A stretch of DNA of 64,000 bases from a virus, in IMG/VR virus record IMGVR_UViG_3300032307_000516, positions 8,050 through 72,049 of that record, one strand, 5' to 3'. The notes beneath the pieces were generated by a model, which made no database searches, was not told where the DNA came from, and worked only from the letters and a program-made list of their open reading frames with translations. A program made the position numbers and the translations under genes. Positions 46,219-57,437 of the stretch are shown in pieces; the first letter of the stretch is position 1, and every line of letters starts with the position of its first letter.

Positions 46219-47568
46219 ATGATAGTATTTCCGTTTTCTTTTACTAAATCTACCTCAACTTTAGCCGAGGGTTTAATAATTAAGCTAGATGCTAATGATA
46301 CATCTAGTTATCCAGGTACAGGAACTAGCGTATTTAATTTACAAAGCGGATCTTATAACCACACTTTATCTGGAGCTACATACACTATTCTTGATGGTAT
46401 TAAATGCTTTGATTGTACAACAGGAACTAATAGAGTTGTGGTAGATAGCACAGGTCCCACTTTACCAACCACTGGATACACATACATTACTTGGGCGAGA
46501 GTGATATCGAGCAATTCTTCTTTTAGAACCTTACTCTACACGAACTCTCCAAAATATACACCAATCACCGTACCTAGTGGTACAGATACACTCGGATATT
46601 GGGATACGCAGTTCAGAACTTCTGGATATAATCTGACTTCCTCCGAAGAAACCTGGGTTCAATTCTCTGTAGTAGGTGATAACTCATCGCAAACATTTTA
46701 TATCAACGGTGGTCAGGTAGGAAGTACAATTGCTTACGGTTCAGGAGGAACTACTCACTGGGGATGGGGTAATAATGATAATACAGTACAGCCTTGGGGT
46801 CATGTTGCTAATTTATATTATTACAATAGAAAACTAAGCCTATCTGAAATAGTAGATCAGTATAATACATTATCCCCAACTTTCTATAACTATGTAAGAT
46901 CAAATTTAGTTTTATATTTTGATCCGAATAATCCATCTAGCTACGTTTCAGGATCTACTGTAAATGATCTTTCCGGTAATTCATTAAACGGAACTTTAAG
47001 TAGTGTTACATATACAACGCCATCATTCAATTTCGATGGAGCATCATCTCAAATATCAATCGCAGATAATTCTTTATTAGAGCCAGGAAGTGGTAGCTTC
47101 ACAGTGGAGGTTTGGGTCAATCAATCTGTATCCGGTAATGATGTTGTACTTGGTAAATTTAATAACGGAGGCCTTGCACAAAATGTAAGTTACAGTATAA
47201 GAACAACAGGTACAACATTTTATGCACAAATAGGATCAGGAAGTGGCAGTGGTTCGACATTATATATTAATAGCACAAACTTCACTGGAACACTAAACAC
47301 GTGGTACCAAATTGTTTATGTATTTAAAAACGGAGGAACTAAAACATTAGAAACTTTCGTAAATGGTTCAAGCATCGGTACTGTAAGCCATAATTTATCA
47401 AGCATACTAAATTCAACTAATCCTCTTTATATTGGAAGTTACAATGGAGGTGAATATTCTCAATGGTTTGCTGGTAAAATAGGAATTACAAGAATCTATA
47501 ATAAAGCTCTAGATAGTTCAGAAATAGTACAGAATTTTGAAAATGATGCCTCTAGATATGGACTTTAG
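46219..47568 (+). CDS. tandem LamG/ConA-like lectin domain protein
   Basis: Shares MIVFPFSF N-terminus; FTVEVWV, YNKAL. Confidence 0.8.
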   Translation: MIVFPFSFTKSTSTLAEGLIIKLDANDTSSYPGTGTSVFNLQSGSYNHTLSGATYTILDGIKCFDCTTGTNRVVVDSTGPTLPTTGYTYITWARVISSNSSFRTLLYTNSPKYTPITVPSGTDTLGYWDTQFRTSGYNLTSSEETWVQFSVVGDNSSQTFYINGGQVGSTIAYGSGGTTHWGWGNNDNTVQPWGHVANLYYYNRKLSLSEIVDQYNTLSPTFYNYVRSNLVLYFDPNNPSSYVSGSTVNDLSGNSLNGTLSSVTYTTPSFNFDGASSQISIADNSLLEPGSGSFTVEVWVNQSVSGNDVVLGKFNNGGLAQNVSYSIRTTGTTFYAQIGSGSGSGSTLYINSTNFTGTLNTWYQIVYVFKNGGTKTLETFVNGSSIGTVSHNLSSILNSTNPLYIGSYNGGEYSQWFAGKIGITRIYNKALDSSEIVQNFENDASRYGL

Positions 47569-47720
47569 GCTATAAATTAAATAAATCTTAGTAAATTATA
47601 TGATACATACAATAGTATCAACAATAAATAATCTAATAATACCTTAGATGCAATTTCCGATAAAGCTAATCTAGGAAAATCTTTCTAGATGATGATATAT
47701 ACTAAAAAAGCAAATTAAAA

Positions 47721-50051
47721 ATGGAAAAAAATATTAATCCAGAGATCAACAGATTAAACATGGAAACATCTAAGCAAGCAGCGGATTCTCTTAGAGAGTG
47801 GGCAGGTCTAGGTGCTTCTAAAGCTCCTGTTGCTTCTTCTTTCCTTAATGGATCGACTTCTCAAATGCTTAAAGAATCAAATAACAATGATTTTTCACCA
47901 AAATCAAAAGGAAATACATCTTTTAGTTTCGGACTTACTAACACAGTTTCAGCACTTAAAAATTCGAGTATTTATGAATTACCAGCAGGTAAAATTCTTC
48001 TTGAAAAATACGAATTCCTTCTTTTTAATAAGGGTATCTCTGAAGCTTTCTTAATCGAAGGATTAATTGAAGACCTTAGATCTTTTTCTTGGGAAAATTC
48101 AGTTGCACCGGTTTTAGAAAACTTATCTGACACTTATGAAAAAAATAGAAGAGAGGTTGAGGTTTTAAAAACATATGAAACTATCAAAGGAACTTCTGGG
48201 AAAGAATTATTCTCTGATGCAACTTCTCAAATGAAAAATTGGTTAGTATCTGAAAGAAGAACATCAGATACTTTAATCCATGGTCTTAAAAGATTTGGGT
48301 TTAATCCAATGGTTAGAAATTTAGTTAGTTTCCTTTCCATTTATGAAAATAATGAAACTGGTAAATTTAACGTAGGATATGATAATGATGTTTGTGAAGT
48401 TACTAACATTTATTCACCAGTTCACGTAAACGAGAACGAATCTATATTCTATGCTTCTGGTAAATTCTTCAAATTAGATGGAGATACTAATAGCATCTTC
48501 GAATGCGAAATGGACGATGTTCCTGCTGAACTTTCTGACAAAGCTCAAGTATTAGCTGATAGAGATATTAAAATTGGTAACAATAAGATCTCTTTAAATC
48601 TTGGAAATAATAGAATAGAGATCGTATTTGAAAACGAGTCTAAAAACATTTACTTTGACGGTAAACAAATAAATGAGGAAGATCTTCCAGCAGTAGTTAG
48701 TGTTTCAACCAATAATCTATTAGAAGGATCAAATCACAAGATTGCAAAAGCGGTATTTGTTTCTAATGTAGCTGAAGAATTAGTTGATCTTGACTTCGGT
48801 AAGAAGATCAAATCTAAAATCTACGAAGGAGTAGAAGCTAACATCTTCAAAATCGAAGGTAAAATATACGTACAAACTGTTAATCCTTCAATGAGACTTA
48901 ACAAAATGTATGAAGCAAATGCAACTCAAGCTATTAACATCGTACAAGATTTCCTTAAATATGATATCTCTGAATCTCTTACAGAATTCTTAGACGGAGA
49001 AAAAGCTTTCTTAAGCATCATGAAAAATGATAAGAAAGAGATCGTTAATAATATTGAAATCTTAGAAAGTGAATTAAGAAAAATAGACCAAGCTAAGGAA
49101 CAAAATCCTTTACTCGCAAATTCTCAAGAATTAAATTCTTTACAAGAGGGAATCGAAAACGAAATTGAATCTCTTAAAGATAGATGGAATCAAATTAATG
49201 TCGAGATTTCTAGATTCGAGAATAAAGCTAAAGTGGTTGATTCAGTTAATGAAGATATGGGATATCCAATTGACACTGAAGTTAGAGTAAAAAGAAATGG
49301 TGTTAAAGGTAAAGTAATAGGTGTTGACGGAAGCTCAAAAACTTATACAGTGCTTTTTAAGGAGGGTAAGACCGGAGAATATTTTTTCTCTGACGTAGAG
49401 GATCTTACCGACGAAGTAGAAAACTATGATATTAAAGCACCTGAATTAGATCTTGAATTTAGCGCGGATCTTACAAACGAGTCAGAGGAAAACTTTGCAG
49501 CTGCTCCAGATAAAGCATCTGCTAGCCACTACGATAAAGTTTTTATGAGTATGTACAAAAAACATTTATCTGCTGCTCCTGATAAAAAAACTGGAGCATC
49601 TCCTAAATTTGTTGAAGATTCAAAGAATGCTAATTTAGCTTCTGTTTCGAATTCAGGAAAAAAATCACCTTTAACTGGAAGAGGAGTTAAAAACGTTTCT
49701 GGAATGGCTACTTCACCTAAAGGAAGTGCAGGAAAGGGTAAAAACTTTATAGATAATCCTTCAAATGCAGATTTAGCTGATGCACCTGGATCTAAAATTA
49801 AAACTCCAGGTAAATTCATTCAGGATCTTAAAAATATGAATTTGTCTTTAAAAGAAAGCCAAAAAAATTCACACATCGAAAAGGCTCCTAAAGCAAAAGT
49901 TGAGAAGCCAAAAAAATTCATAGAAAACGAAGATGATGCTAATTTAGCTGATGCTCACGGTAACAGCAAAAAAAATGGTAAAAAATTCGTAGAAGATATG
50001 AATAGAGCAGGACTTTCTAAAGCACCTGCTTCGAAATCAAAAAAAAAGTAA
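47721..50051 (+). CDS. large hypothetical late protein (possible head/core component)
   Basis: 776-aa ORF, repeated KFxE..NA.LA units, GATATATA upstream. Confidence 0.75.
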   Translation: MEKNINPEINRLNMETSKQAADSLREWAGLGASKAPVASSFLNGSTSQMLKESNNNDFSPKSKGNTSFSFGLTNTVSALKNSSIYELPAGKILLEKYEFLLFNKGISEAFLIEGLIEDLRSFSWENSVAPVLENLSDTYEKNRREVEVLKTYETIKGTSGKELFSDATSQMKNWLVSERRTSDTLIHGLKRFGFNPMVRNLVSFLSIYENNETGKFNVGYDNDVCEVTNIYSPVHVNENESIFYASGKFFKLDGDTNSIFECEMDDVPAELSDKAQVLADRDIKIGNNKISLNLGNNRIEIVFENESKNIYFDGKQINEEDLPAVVSVSTNNLLEGSNHKIAKAVFVSNVAEELVDLDFGKKIKSKIYEGVEANIFKIEGKIYVQTVNPSMRLNKMYEANATQAINIVQDFLKYDISESLTEFLDGEKAFLSIMKNDKKEIVNNIEILESELRKIDQAKEQNPLLANSQELNSLQEGIENEIESLKDRWNQINVEISRFENKAKVVDSVNEDMGYPIDTEVRVKRNGVKGKVIGVDGSSKTYTVLFKEGKTGEYFFSDVEDLTDEVENYDIKAPELDLEFSADLTNESEENFAAAPDKASASHYDKVFMSMYKKHLSAAPDKKTGASPKFVEDSKNANLASVSNSGKKSPLTGRGVKNVSGMATSPKGSAGKGKNFIDNPSNADLADAPGSKIKTPGKFIQDLKNMNLSLKESQKNSHIEKAPKAKVEKPKKFIENEDDANLADAHGNSKKNGKKFVEDMNRAGLSKAPASKSKKK

Positions 50052-50299
50052 ATACACAAAAAATAATTGAGTCTGTTACCGGCAATCCTGAAGAGGGGCT
50101 TGGTAACAGACTCAATTTTATTTTAGACGATTTGAAAGATTGTCTAATAAAAATAGAAGAATTGGAAACTTCTAGTAAGGAACACGGTAAGATAGGAATA
50201 GAAACAATTAGAAATTCTAGGAAAGATTTGGAACAATTAAGGGTAAATTTAGAAAAACAACTGCAAAAGCTCCAAAATAATCTCCCAGAAGAACAATGA
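50048..50299 (+). CDS. -1 frame extension of 47721..50051 (83 codons, no ATG)
   Basis: A AAA AAG slippery site at 50042-50048, 16-bp hairpin, open frame to TGA overlapping next ATG. Confidence 0.6.
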   Translation, partial: VNTQKIIESVTGNPEEGLGNRLNFILDDLKDCLIKIEELETSSKEHGKIGIETIRNSRKDLEQLRVNLEKQLQKLQNNLPEEQ

Positions 50300-50652
50300 T
50301 CTACGTAAAAAACAAAGAACTAAAAAGAGCACTTTTAGAAAGCAAAGAAAAAGGCCAGCTCACAGGAGAAACCGTTGAAATGTTTACACTTATAGTAAAC
50401 GGTATGTCCAAAACCCATTCCTATAGAGATAACGAAGACAGAGAAGACTGTATATCCTCAGGATTAGAGGATTTAGTTAAATACTGGAATCGTTACGATC
50501 CAGCAAAATCGGATAATCCATTTGCATTCATATCTCAAATAGCACACAACGGGATGAAAAAAGGATGGAAAAAAATTCACCCACCAAAATCAATTAAAAC
50601 TATTCCTTTCTCGAGAATAGTAAGAGAAGAGAACTCCGTCTATAACGTTTAA
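50296..50652 (+). CDS. late sigma factor (T4 gp55-like)
   Basis: YVKNKEL, YDPAKSDNPFAFISQI. Confidence 0.8.
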   Translation: MIYVKNKELKRALLESKEKGQLTGETVEMFTLIVNGMSKTHSYRDNEDREDCISSGLEDLVKYWNRYDPAKSDNPFAFISQIAHNGMKKGWKKIHPPKSIKTIPFSRIVREENSVYNV

Positions 50653-50654
50653 TT

Positions 50655-51143
50655 GTGGATATTAAAAAGTTAAAACCGAATGGAAAGTGGAAGTCTGGTA
50701 AATATTTTCCAAACAACCCAGAAAAGTACATCGGTGATATCCATAATATAATATACAGAAGCTCTTGGGAAAGAAAATTTTGTCAATATTGTGACATAAA
50801 TCCTAACATATTAAAATGGAGTTCTGAACCTCTTTCAATACCTTATTGGAGTCCTATCGATAAGAAAGAGCATAAATATTTTGTTGATTACTATATACAA
50901 GTAAAAAAAGCAGATCAAACAATAGAAAATTGGTTTATAGAGATCAAACCTGAAAATCAATACGACATAACAAAGCGTCCACAAGAACCTACCGGTAATT
51001 TAACTGAAAAGAAAATCAGAAATTATAATGAGAAGCTTAAGACGTGGATAATAAATAGAGCAAAGTTTGAAGCTGCAACAAGATTTGCCGAAGCAAGAGG
51101 TTATAAATTTGGAGCTATCAACGAAAGCTTTATAATGAGATGA
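50655..51143 (+). CDS. head completion nuclease (gp4-like)
   Basis: PEKYIGD, YRSSWE, WSSE, IEIKP. Confidence 0.88.
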   Translation: MDIKKLKPNGKWKSGKYFPNNPEKYIGDIHNIIYRSSWERKFCQYCDINPNILKWSSEPLSIPYWSPIDKKEHKYFVDYYIQVKKADQTIENWFIEIKPENQYDITKRPQEPTGNLTEKKIRNYNEKLKTWIINRAKFEAATRFAEARGYKFGAINESFIMR

Positions 51144-51733
51144 AACCTTTTAAAGATCAATTTGAAGATTATCAATTAAGCATTTCTGGATTATCCTCGT
51201 TAGCAGAGGAATCTTTTATGTTTTGGTTTAAAAATTTTGTAAACCAGAAGAGCCAATTTAATCCCCTTGACTTTTTACCTGGTAAATTTTATTCTTTTGA
51301 ATACAACGATGTATTGGAAAAGAATAAAAAATTCATAAATAAAAGACCAGTTATATTCTTTACTGGATTTATGAACTACGAGAATAAGCAAGCTTTTAGT
51401 GGTATAGATATAATATTGATGCCACCTATTTTTAGGTTAGCATTTTTTTCAAGAATACAATCTGTTTACCAGGATATAATAGAATCTAACATAAGAAAGG
51501 TAGAGAATGGAGAGAATCTCGGGCAAATGCCTCTTAAGACTGATTACGAAACTCTAGATATCATTATGAAAGGCATACCATATAAAAATACATATAGGGC
51601 ATGGGATTTAAAAAAAGTTCGTGATGTAATGGAAATTCCCTACGAAGATTGGACTAGAATAGTATATCTACATACTAGGTCAATTCAAGGGACCCCGATA
51701 GAAGAGATATATACTAAAAACTCAAAGATCTAA
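51140..51733 (+). CDS. DNA end protector (gp2-like)
   Basis: PGKFYSFEY, context next to gp4. Confidence 0.55.
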   Translation: MKPFKDQFEDYQLSISGLSSLAEESFMFWFKNFVNQKSQFNPLDFLPGKFYSFEYNDVLEKNKKFINKRPVIFFTGFMNYENKQAFSGIDIILMPPIFRLAFFSRIQSVYQDIIESNIRKVENGENLGQMPLKTDYETLDIIMKGIPYKNTYRAWDLKKVRDVMEIPYEDWTRIVYLHTRSIQGTPIEEIYTKNSKI

Positions 51734-53355
51734 TGGCTGGATTTACAGACGGAAATAAAACTTTTTTTAGCTCTATCGTTGATAGTATTAAAAAGGTTAG
51801 TAGCTTCGGGATGGCTTATGAGGATCTTGTTATAAAGAATTCGCAAGCTGTAGGTGTTACTGAAGCACAATTCTTACAAAAAGGAGGTATCAAAGATGAG
51901 GCTTTCCTTTTTGGATTAAGAAGAGCTGATACCTCAACAAAACAGTATATAGCTTATTTCGATAAGGATTATAAAAACAAAAGACATTACCTACAAGGAT
52001 TTGCACAGAATCCCGAGATTGAATTTATCTTGGATACCATATGTGACGAATCTATTGTATATGACGAAAAGAACTTCTGGGCTTATTTCTCTTTCATGCA
52101 GCACGAAGATGTTGATGAAGAGACATACAAGAAAGTACAAAAGAGATACAGAGAGATTTACAATCTATTTGGATTCAATCAAGATATTTTAGCTTGGCAC
52201 CTTTACAGAAAATTCTTAGTAGAAGGTATCTTATCATTCGAAATTGTTTTCGATAAAAAAGGTAAGAACATCGTAGGATTTAAAGAATTGGATCCAGCAT
52301 CTCTGGTACCAACTGTAGAGCAACAACCAGATGGAAGCTATATTGATATTTGGATTCAATATCCAGACAATCCGTCTTTGACAAGAAAACTTTACGATTC
52401 TCAGATAATTTATATAAGTTACGCAAAAGGAGGTGGTACATCATCTAGAGTAAGTTATGTTGAAAGAATGATTAGATCTTTTAACCTCCTGAGAATCATG
52501 GAACACACAAGAATCATATGGAACGTGATGAATTCATCATATCGTATGGCAATGACAGTTCCTATCGGTACTAAATCACCACAAAAAGCTAAGCAAACTC
52601 TCGGAGAACTTATGTCTATCTATAAAGAAGATATAAGATTAAATACAGACAGTGGAGAATTAACAGTAGACGGAAGACCTAAAATACAATTCTTTAAAAA
52701 CTATTTAATGCCTTCATCACCTAACGGAACTCCTGATATACAACCTTTAGCAGGAGCTGGTGATGCAACAGCATTTAGTGATACAACAGCATTAAAATAT
52801 TTTGCTAATAAACTTCGAATGGATTCAAAAATTCCGGTAACACGATTTGGAAGGGAAGAATCAGGATCCGAAGGTACAATTACATTCGCAGCAGAGGGGG
52901 TTGATCAAGAAGAAATCAGATTTGGTAAATTCATTAACAGATTAAGATCTATTTACCAGGACATACTTATGAAGCCTTTATGGGTTCAGTTCTGTTTAGA
53001 TTTTCCTGAATTAAAGAAAGATTATATCCTTAAATCGGAATTTGGTCTAGATTATGTTAAGGAGAACATGTTTAGAGAATCTAAAGATATGGAAGTAATG
53101 ACCGCAAGAAAGGATCAGGTGATTAAAATATCTGCTCTTAAAAATTCAGAAGGCAAAAATTACTTCAGTATGGATTTCCTTATAGATCGATTCCTAGGAA
53201 TGACCAATCAGGATTTATTAGATAATAAAAAAGCTAAAGAAAAAGCTGCCGAAGCAAAAAAAGAGGCTGAAGGAGCAACAGGAGCTGAAGGAGCTACTGG
53301 TGCTGAAGGAGCTACCGGAGGCGAAGAAGGCGGAGGCGAAGAATTCAAATTATAA
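51733..53355 (+). CDS. portal protein (gp20-like) 1
   Basis: PEIE, ELDP, SYVER, EEIRFGKFINRLR. Confidence 0.88.
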   Translation: MAGFTDGNKTFFSSIVDSIKKVSSFGMAYEDLVIKNSQAVGVTEAQFLQKGGIKDEAFLFGLRRADTSTKQYIAYFDKDYKNKRHYLQGFAQNPEIEFILDTICDESIVYDEKNFWAYFSFMQHEDVDEETYKKVQKRYREIYNLFGFNQDILAWHLYRKFLVEGILSFEIVFDKKGKNIVGFKELDPASLVPTVEQQPDGSYIDIWIQYPDNPSLTRKLYDSQIIYISYAKGGGTSSRVSYVERMIRSFNLLRIMEHTRIIWNVMNSSYRMAMTVPIGTKSPQKAKQTLGELMSIYKEDIRLNTDSGELTVDGRPKIQFFKNYLMPSSPNGTPDIQPLAGAGDATAFSDTTALKYFANKLRMDSKIPVTRFGREESGSEGTITFAAEGVDQEEIRFGKFINRLRSIYQDILMKPLWVQFCLDFPELKKDYILKSEFGLDYVKENMFRESKDMEVMTARKDQVIKISALKNSEGKNYFSMDFLIDRFLGMTNQDLLDNKKAKEKAAEAKKEAEGATGAEGATGAEGATGGEEGGGEEFKL

Positions 53356-53358
53356 GAG

Positions 53359-55008
53359 ATGGCTGGATTTTTAGATAACATAGGTAAATTTAACCCAAAC
53401 GTATCAAGGATACTAAAAACTATTAGTGGACTTGGATCTTTTGGTATGGATTACAAGGACATGGTAATTCAAGACTCTATGGCTATCGGTATATCCGAAG
53501 CAGATCTTAGAGAAAGATTTGGATTTAGCGGGGATGATGAGGACTTCATCTACAGTATTGCTGCACAAGATACTACGAACAGAAAGTATATTGCATATTT
53601 CGATAAGGATTATCCTTTTAAAAGAGACTTCTTAAGAACATTTGCTCTGAATGCTGAAATAGAATACATCTTAGACACTATTTGTGATGAGGGTATAGTA
53701 TATGATGAAAAGAACTTCTTTTGTCACAATGCGATGCTTAGTATGGATTTACAGGACGAAGTAATAAAAGCTCTTAGAAAGAATTTCAGAAAGCTATACG
53801 TACTTCATAATTTTGCAAACGGATTAACTGCATGGCAATACTTCAGACAGTTATTAGTAGAAGGATTCTTAGCATTTGAAATAATATATTCTAGTGATGG
53901 TAAAGAAATCGTAGGATTTAAAGAATTGGATGCTATAAGTCTTACACCTGCAGTAGAGAAAAAAGCTGACGGGACTAGAGAAACCATATGGTGGCAGTAC
54001 TACGGAGAAACGACTAGACAAAGAAGATTGTTAGATGCGCAAGTTATTTATATCTCTTATGCTAAAGCAAATACTGTTTCTAGAACTTCTTATGTTGAAC
54101 GTCTTATCAGATCTTATAACTTATTAAAGATTATGGAGCATTCCAGAATTATATGGAATGTGATGAACGCTCAGTATAGAATTAAAATGACGGTTCCTAT
54201 TGGAAGTAAGTCACCACAAAAGGCAAAAGAGACTTTAGGTGAACTTATGTCAGTTTACAAAGAGGATATTAAATTAGATACAACTTCGGGGGAACTTGCT
54301 ATTAATGGCAGGCCTGATCTTCAATTTTACAAAAATTACTTATTTCCTCAGCAAGGAGGAGATTCAGTTAAAGTTGAAACAATAAATGCACAAGGACCAA
54401 ACCTAAACGTAATGGATTCTGTTCTTTATTTCTATAACAAACTAAGACAGGATTCAAAAATTCCTTACAACAGGTTCTCATCACGATTTGGGGTAGGAGC
54501 TAACAACGTATTTCATACCGCTGCAGATGGTGCAGAAAGGGATGAGGTTAGATTCTCTAAGTTTATCACTAGATTAAGATCGATATTTCAGGAAATAGTT
54601 GTTAAGCCATTATGGATTCAAATGTGTCTTGAATTCCCACATTTAAAAAACGATACAGAATTTAGAAGCCAAATAGGTATTAAATTTGAAAGTGATAACA
54701 CATTCGGGGAATCTAGAGAGATAGAACAATTACTCAAAAAGATAGATTTTGTAACAGCCCTTGGGGAGATAAAAGAAACTGTTAACGATGAGGAAATACA
54801 ATACTTTAATCAAGACTTCCTTATTGAAAGATGGCTAGGTCTTCCTAATGACGATATACAAATGAATAAAACATATCTGGAAAAAGATAAGGAAGAAGGA
54901 CAAGGAGCAGCTACTGGAGCAGCACCAGCAGAAGGTGGAGAAGCAGCTACCGGAGCAGCACCAGCAGAGGGTGAAGCACCAGCAGAAACACCAGCAGAAG
55001 GAGCATAA
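53359..55008 (+). CDS. portal protein (gp20-like) 2
   Basis: Paralog; RDEVRFSKFITRLR. Confidence 0.88.
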   Translation: MAGFLDNIGKFNPNVSRILKTISGLGSFGMDYKDMVIQDSMAIGISEADLRERFGFSGDDEDFIYSIAAQDTTNRKYIAYFDKDYPFKRDFLRTFALNAEIEYILDTICDEGIVYDEKNFFCHNAMLSMDLQDEVIKALRKNFRKLYVLHNFANGLTAWQYFRQLLVEGFLAFEIIYSSDGKEIVGFKELDAISLTPAVEKKADGTRETIWWQYYGETTRQRRLLDAQVIYISYAKANTVSRTSYVERLIRSYNLLKIMEHSRIIWNVMNAQYRIKMTVPIGSKSPQKAKETLGELMSVYKEDIKLDTTSGELAINGRPDLQFYKNYLFPQQGGDSVKVETINAQGPNLNVMDSVLYFYNKLRQDSKIPYNRFSSRFGVGANNVFHTAADGAERDEVRFSKFITRLRSIFQEIVVKPLWIQMCLEFPHLKNDTEFRSQIGIKFESDNTFGESREIEQLLKKIDFVTALGEIKETVNDEEIQYFNQDFLIERWLGLPNDDIQMNKTYLEKDKEEGQGAATGAAPAEGGEAATGAAPAEGEAPAETPAEGA

Positions 55009-55098
55009 TATCGGAACTTAGTATTTTAAGCAGAGTATAATAATAGAATACTTTTTATTATTAAGTAGGAATTTCTACATTTGCTTAAAATTTGTCCA

Positions 55099-56427
55099 AT
55101 GAAAAAAGAACTCAGAATATTACTAGAGATTGAATCGTCGACCGGAAATGGATCTCAAAAAATTAAACAGGATCTTATAAAGAATAACTATTCACCAATC
55201 CTTGAATATTTTCTAAAAGTTGCATTAGATCCATTCCTTACTACGAAGTTACATAAACTAGAAGTAATAGAGGAATCACCATATTTAGTTGGAGATGATT
55301 ATAATCCATTCGATAAATTCAAAGATCTAACATCTAGGCTTTTTATAGCCCCAGCTCCCAACGATAAGTTTAGGGAAGAAGCATTCGAATTAGTAAATTG
55401 TGTAGATCTTTCGTTTGATGAAAGAAAGATCCTAGGAAAAATCCTAACTAAAAGATTAAATATTGGTATAGGTGCTAAGCTAATCAATAAGGCTTTTGGT
55501 AAAGAAGTTATACCAGATCCTAGTCTAATGCTAGCACAGGATGACGAAGACGAAATAAAAAAATGGAGTTCAATCGTGTGTGAAGAAAAATATGATGGAG
55601 TTAGAGTTATCGCATTTGTTTCTGGTAAAGAAGTTAAGTTCTACACAAGAGCATTTAACGAGATTCCTAATCACTATTTAGAAAAAATAGCAGGTGAATG
55701 TTTAGGAATGATCAAAAATTCTCAATTACAAGGAGATTGGTTTTTTGATGGAGAACTTACTGATCTAGATAGAAAGAGTGTATCTGGAAAAGTTAATCAG
55801 ATGCTAAAAGGGAAACCTATGAATTCCATAGGTGACGAACTTATATTTAATGTATTTGATCTGGAAGATGCAGATACTCTTAAAACAGGCAAGGGTATAA
55901 TTCCGTTTGATATTAGAAGACAATCCCTAGAGGGTGTTTTTAGCACGTATACGACATCTTCGGTCACATTGGCAGATTCTTTCTTAACAAAAGAAAAAGA
56001 AGACATATACGCTTATTATAATAAAATAGTAGCAAATGGAGGAGAGGGAGTTATTCTTAAAAATCCCGATCACATTTACGAATGTAAAAGATCTAAGAAT
56101 TGGATTAAATTAAAAGAAGTAAACGAGTGTGATCTTATAATTACTGGTTGGTATCCAGGTGAGGGAAAGAGAGAAGGATTTATAGGTGGATTTATTTGTG
56201 AAGATAGATCGGGAACCCTTAAAGTTAAAATTGGATCTGGGTTTACCGACCAAGATTTAAAAGAATTAAGTGAAACCCCAGATTCACACGTGAATAAAAT
56301 ATGTTCAGTACAGTATAATGTAATAATCAGTGACAAGAACGGAAACTGGTCACTATTTTTACCTAGATTTGTAGAGATAAGAAACGATAAAGATTTTGCA
56401 GACGATTTAAAAGAAAAATGTAAATGA
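55099..56427 (+). CDS. ATP-dependent DNA ligase
   Basis: KYDGVR, DGEL, EGVILK, WIKLK, LFLPRF. Confidence 0.93.
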   Translation: MKKELRILLEIESSTGNGSQKIKQDLIKNNYSPILEYFLKVALDPFLTTKLHKLEVIEESPYLVGDDYNPFDKFKDLTSRLFIAPAPNDKFREEAFELVNCVDLSFDERKILGKILTKRLNIGIGAKLINKAFGKEVIPDPSLMLAQDDEDEIKKWSSIVCEEKYDGVRVIAFVSGKEVKFYTRAFNEIPNHYLEKIAGECLGMIKNSQLQGDWFFDGELTDLDRKSVSGKVNQMLKGKPMNSIGDELIFNVFDLEDADTLKTGKGIIPFDIRRQSLEGVFSTYTTSSVTLADSFLTKEKEDIYAYYNKIVANGGEGVILKNPDHIYECKRSKNWIKLKEVNECDLIITGWYPGEGKREGFIGGFICEDRSGTLKVKIGSGFTDQDLKELSETPDSHVNKICSVQYNVIISDKNGNWSLFLPRFVEIRNDKDFADDLKEKCK

Positions 56428-57371
56428 TACAAGAATTATTAACAGAAAAATTAAGACCGAAAGAATTAAAGCATATGATCCTTCCAAAAAGGATCAAGGG
56501 ATCTTTCGAAAATGGATTACAACAAAATGTTTTACTTGCGGGATCACCAGGTTCTGGTAAAACTAGTATGGCTAAAATTCTAATAAAGAATCACCCGTAC
56601 ATTTTTATAAACGTGTCTGATGAAAGTTCAGTAGAAACAATCAGGACTAAAGTTCACGACTTCTGTTCTACAGTTTCCATTCTAGACGGAGAAAATCAAA
56701 TTAAGATTGTAGTACTAGATGAGTTCGATGGAGCATCTGAGCAGTTCTACAAAGCTTTAAGAGGAACAATTGAGAAGTATGCTAAAACAACAAGATTTGT
56801 TGCAACTTGTAATTATTTAAGTAAGATACCAGATGCAATTAAATCAAGATTTGAGGTTTACGATTTCGACCCAGCAAATAAAGAAGAGGAAAACGAAATA
56901 AAAGTTGAATGGCAAGAAAGAGTTTCTAAAATACTCTCTCTAATGGAAATAAATCACGACGAAAAGAGTTTAGAGCTTTTTACAAAGAAATATTTCCCAG
57001 ATATGAGATCTGCGCTGAATACAATTCAAAGATGGCAGATTGACGGAGTAACAGATTTAACAGAAAGTAAAATCAACGAAATAACATTCGACCACGAAGC
57101 TATTTTCCATATGATTCTTTCTCAACCTGACAGCATCGGGAATTACCAATACATTGTTGGCCAATATTCAGGTAGAGTAGATGAAGTTATGGCTTCTTTA
57201 AGCTCCGACTTTATTAAATGGCTAGAGGAGAAGAATCCGTCTAAATTAAATCTTATCCCTGTAACTATAATTACTGTTGCTAAGTATCAATCTCAAAGAA
57301 GTCAGGTAATCGATCCTATAGTCAGTCTTCTGGCTTTGATTTTTGAATTACAGCAGATGTTCAATAAATGA
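56424..57371 (+). CDS. clamp loader large subunit (gp44-like)
   Basis: EKLRP, GSPGSGKT, LDEFD, PDMR. Confidence 0.9.
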   Translation: MIQELLTEKLRPKELKHMILPKRIKGSFENGLQQNVLLAGSPGSGKTSMAKILIKNHPYIFINVSDESSVETIRTKVHDFCSTVSILDGENQIKIVVLDEFDGASEQFYKALRGTIEKYAKTTRFVATCNYLSKIPDAIKSRFEVYDFDPANKEEENEIKVEWQERVSKILSLMEINHDEKSLELFTKKYFPDMRSALNTIQRWQIDGVTDLTESKINEITFDHEAIFHMILSQPDSIGNYQYIVGQYSGRVDEVMASLSSDFIKWLEEKNPSKLNLIPVTIITVAKYQSQRSQVIDPIVSLLALIFELQQMFNK

Positions 57372-57437
57372 TCAGTATACTAGGCATTATGTCAGAATTA
57401 CATCCGTAATGCTTAGTATAATATACAAAAATAAATT

